In this document: in pieces, positions 62,271 through 64,000 of the stretch
How positions within the stretch are numbered: position 1 is the stretch's first letter
Layout of the letters: every line of letters begins with the position of its first letter
Origin: Marsupella aquatica
Lineage: Eukaryota > Plantae > Marchantiophyta
Reading direction: 5' to 3'
Assembly: GCA_973895155.1 (NCBI GenBank)
Contig: OZ316892.1
Location: 10,148,283 to 10,212,282, forward strand
DNA: 64,000 bases
Program-made: the position numbers and the translations under genes
The notes under the pieces: generated by a model
Told to the model about the DNA's origin: nothing
The model's database searches: none
Seen by the model: only the letters and a program-made list of their open reading frames with translations

Positions 62271-63775
62271 AGGACCAATGTATGGTGGAAGCATAGGATA
62301 TTGTAAGGACCATCATTTGGTGGAAGGGGTGGTGCAGTATTTGACCAGCAGAGGTGAAACACTTTGTTTAATTTGAGGTATTGTATAATGCAAGCAAACA
62401 GGACTTTTGTTAGCGATGAGAGTGTTGTTAGCAAGACACTAGTAAGTTTAAATTTCTTTTGCCTTTTGCTGCCTTTTATATTTTTTGTGGTTTTAATGAA
62501 TCGAGATGGCTAGTGAGTTTGCTATCAAAAAGAGGAGTCCCCAAAATGTATGTTATCAACCAGGTGCTTGTTAGCGAGGCAATTGGAGAGAAAAATTAGG
62601 GGTCATGTGAGGAAATTTAATTGGAGATAGAAAAACTAGGGGTCATGTGAGGAAATTTTTACTGTTTCCTTGCACATCACGATGACCCAATCCACAAAAC
62701 TGGACAAAGGTCCTTGACTGAGGGTAGAAAGAGGTTAGAATCTTCATTCATGGGTAGAGTGGTTTAGGGTAGACAAATAATGGCAGAGTGGTTTAGAACA
62801 ACTCACAATCATCAGCTGATTTTGCTACTTACAGGTAAAGGGGGAATTTGTCAACTGACTTTTGTAAGTAGTTTTGTGCAAAAGCAGCGAGGTTTTCATC
62901 ATCACATCCAAGCAGGAAAATCCTACAAGGGCATACTTCAAAACGCATCAAAACGCAAAACTGGCTGTTCAATTGCGACGAGACTGGACACGAGGTTGAC
63001 AGAGGGTAGAACAACTAGTGATCATCAGTTGGTTTTGGTAGTCCTCGATCAAAAGGGGATTTCTCAAGTGATTGTGTGATTAGTATTGTCCAAGCAAGCA
63101 GTAAGGTTTGATCTGAATATGTACAAGTAAATCATAGAACCAGAAGACAATAGTCCCAAAGAGTAATGTCGAACTCCCATGTCTTCTCACTTACTAGAGG
63201 AAGATGGTCCCATAGCTGGTTACCAAAAAAACCTCGGTGCTCACTTATCGACAATCCCACTCTGTTCTTGGGATCACTGGGCTGATTAACATATAGATGT
63301 AGTGGTGATGTCAAGAACGTTGACCTCTCTCTATGAAAGAGGCAACTCTGAGTCCTTGCAAGAAGAGATTCTCTGCCCTATCTCAAGATCAGACACCAAT
63401 ATTAGACAAGGGCTTCCATATAAGCTTCATGACCTTGGTTGGGAAAGGAAAGATGGATTGTAAAGTGGGATTTAAAAGACTTTTAGAACGGCCCGTTGCG
63501 TGACTCAAAGCTCAACTATGTACTGGTAACGGTCACTCCAGATGTCTTTCATTCTAAATATATATTTTGCCTTGGATTTCTGCAATAGCAACAGTGAACA
63601 TCTTTCTTTCCGTTTAGCATGGACCAAGCTAGATGATAGCATGTCCAGGGAAGTGAAGTTGTGTAAACAGATATATTAAGAAACTATACATAAATCAATC
63701 GCCCACAGTGGAATTGGAGAAAAGTAAAAGAATGATCATCATACACATATTACGAAACAAATGCTGGAAGAGAGT

Positions 63776-64000
63776 TCAGGCAAATCCAAATTTGAAACCT
63801 CCAGCTTTCGTATCAGCAACTGCTTCCCAAAATGAACTGTTCTGTTGTAACATTTTTCTTCTTTCATCGGCTATACGTTGCATTTCAGCTATAGATCCTG
63901 GAAATTCTTCCTCAAATTTAGTCTTGAACTTATCAAACAAGCTCACGCGATCTGTAGTTCCTGAAACCAATTCTTTTGAATTGGGTTTGCTTAAGAATTC
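63776..64000 (-). CDS. JMJ22: 3' end of a JmjC-domain protein similar to Arabidopsis JMJ22; gene continues past the right edge
   Basis: EFLSKPNSKELVSGTTDRVSLFDKFKTKFEEEFPGSIAEM...SFWEAV...FKFGFA* matches the JMJ22 C-terminus as I recall it (EFLKKPNAKELVSGTTDR...YPGTI...SFW...FKFSF). Confidence 0.8.
   Translation of the reverse strand, partial: EFLSKPNSKELVSGTTDRVSLFDKFKTKFEEEFPGSIAEMQRIADERRKMLQQNSSFWEAVADTKAGGFKFGFA

Noticed and set aside
17573-64000. Functional cluster of RNA-related genes (RDM4, ESF1, pICln, RPL18, JMJ22)
   Set aside because: Housekeeping genes separated by unrelated genes and TEs; no evidence for co-regulation beyond common telo-boxes.

Overview
Eukaryotic nuclear DNA from a land plant. 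Spliceosomal introns, telo-boxes and SD-type receptor kinase and F-box/kelch genes show this; the gene and transposon content suggests a non-seed plant such as a liverwort (inference). Nine protein-coding genes are supportable. On the minus strand: the 5' part of a receptor-like kinase, an ERMP1-like M28 peptidase, RDM4/IWR1, ESF1, pICln, RPL18 and the 3' end of a JMJ22-like gene. On the plus strand: a G-type lectin S-receptor-like kinase whose catalytic Asp is replaced (predicted pseudokinase) and an intronless F-box/kelch gene. The intergenic DNA is rich in transposon remains: two related solo LTRs with perfect 5-bp target site duplications (TSDs), several MITEs/fold-back elements, and a decayed Replitron-type HUH-Y1 transposase next to a ~410-bp direct repeat pair bracketing a possible captured gene fragment. 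Other notable signals are a U12-like intron in pICln, a diverged duplicate of the ESF1 start region upstream of the ATG, and a frameshifted SMP-30/gluconolactonase fragment of microbial appearance. No CRISPR array, rRNA or tRNA was seen. I found no intact, clearly novel system; the best leads are fossils or single-gene oddities. All calls come from manual reading and recalled family motifs, with no database searches.
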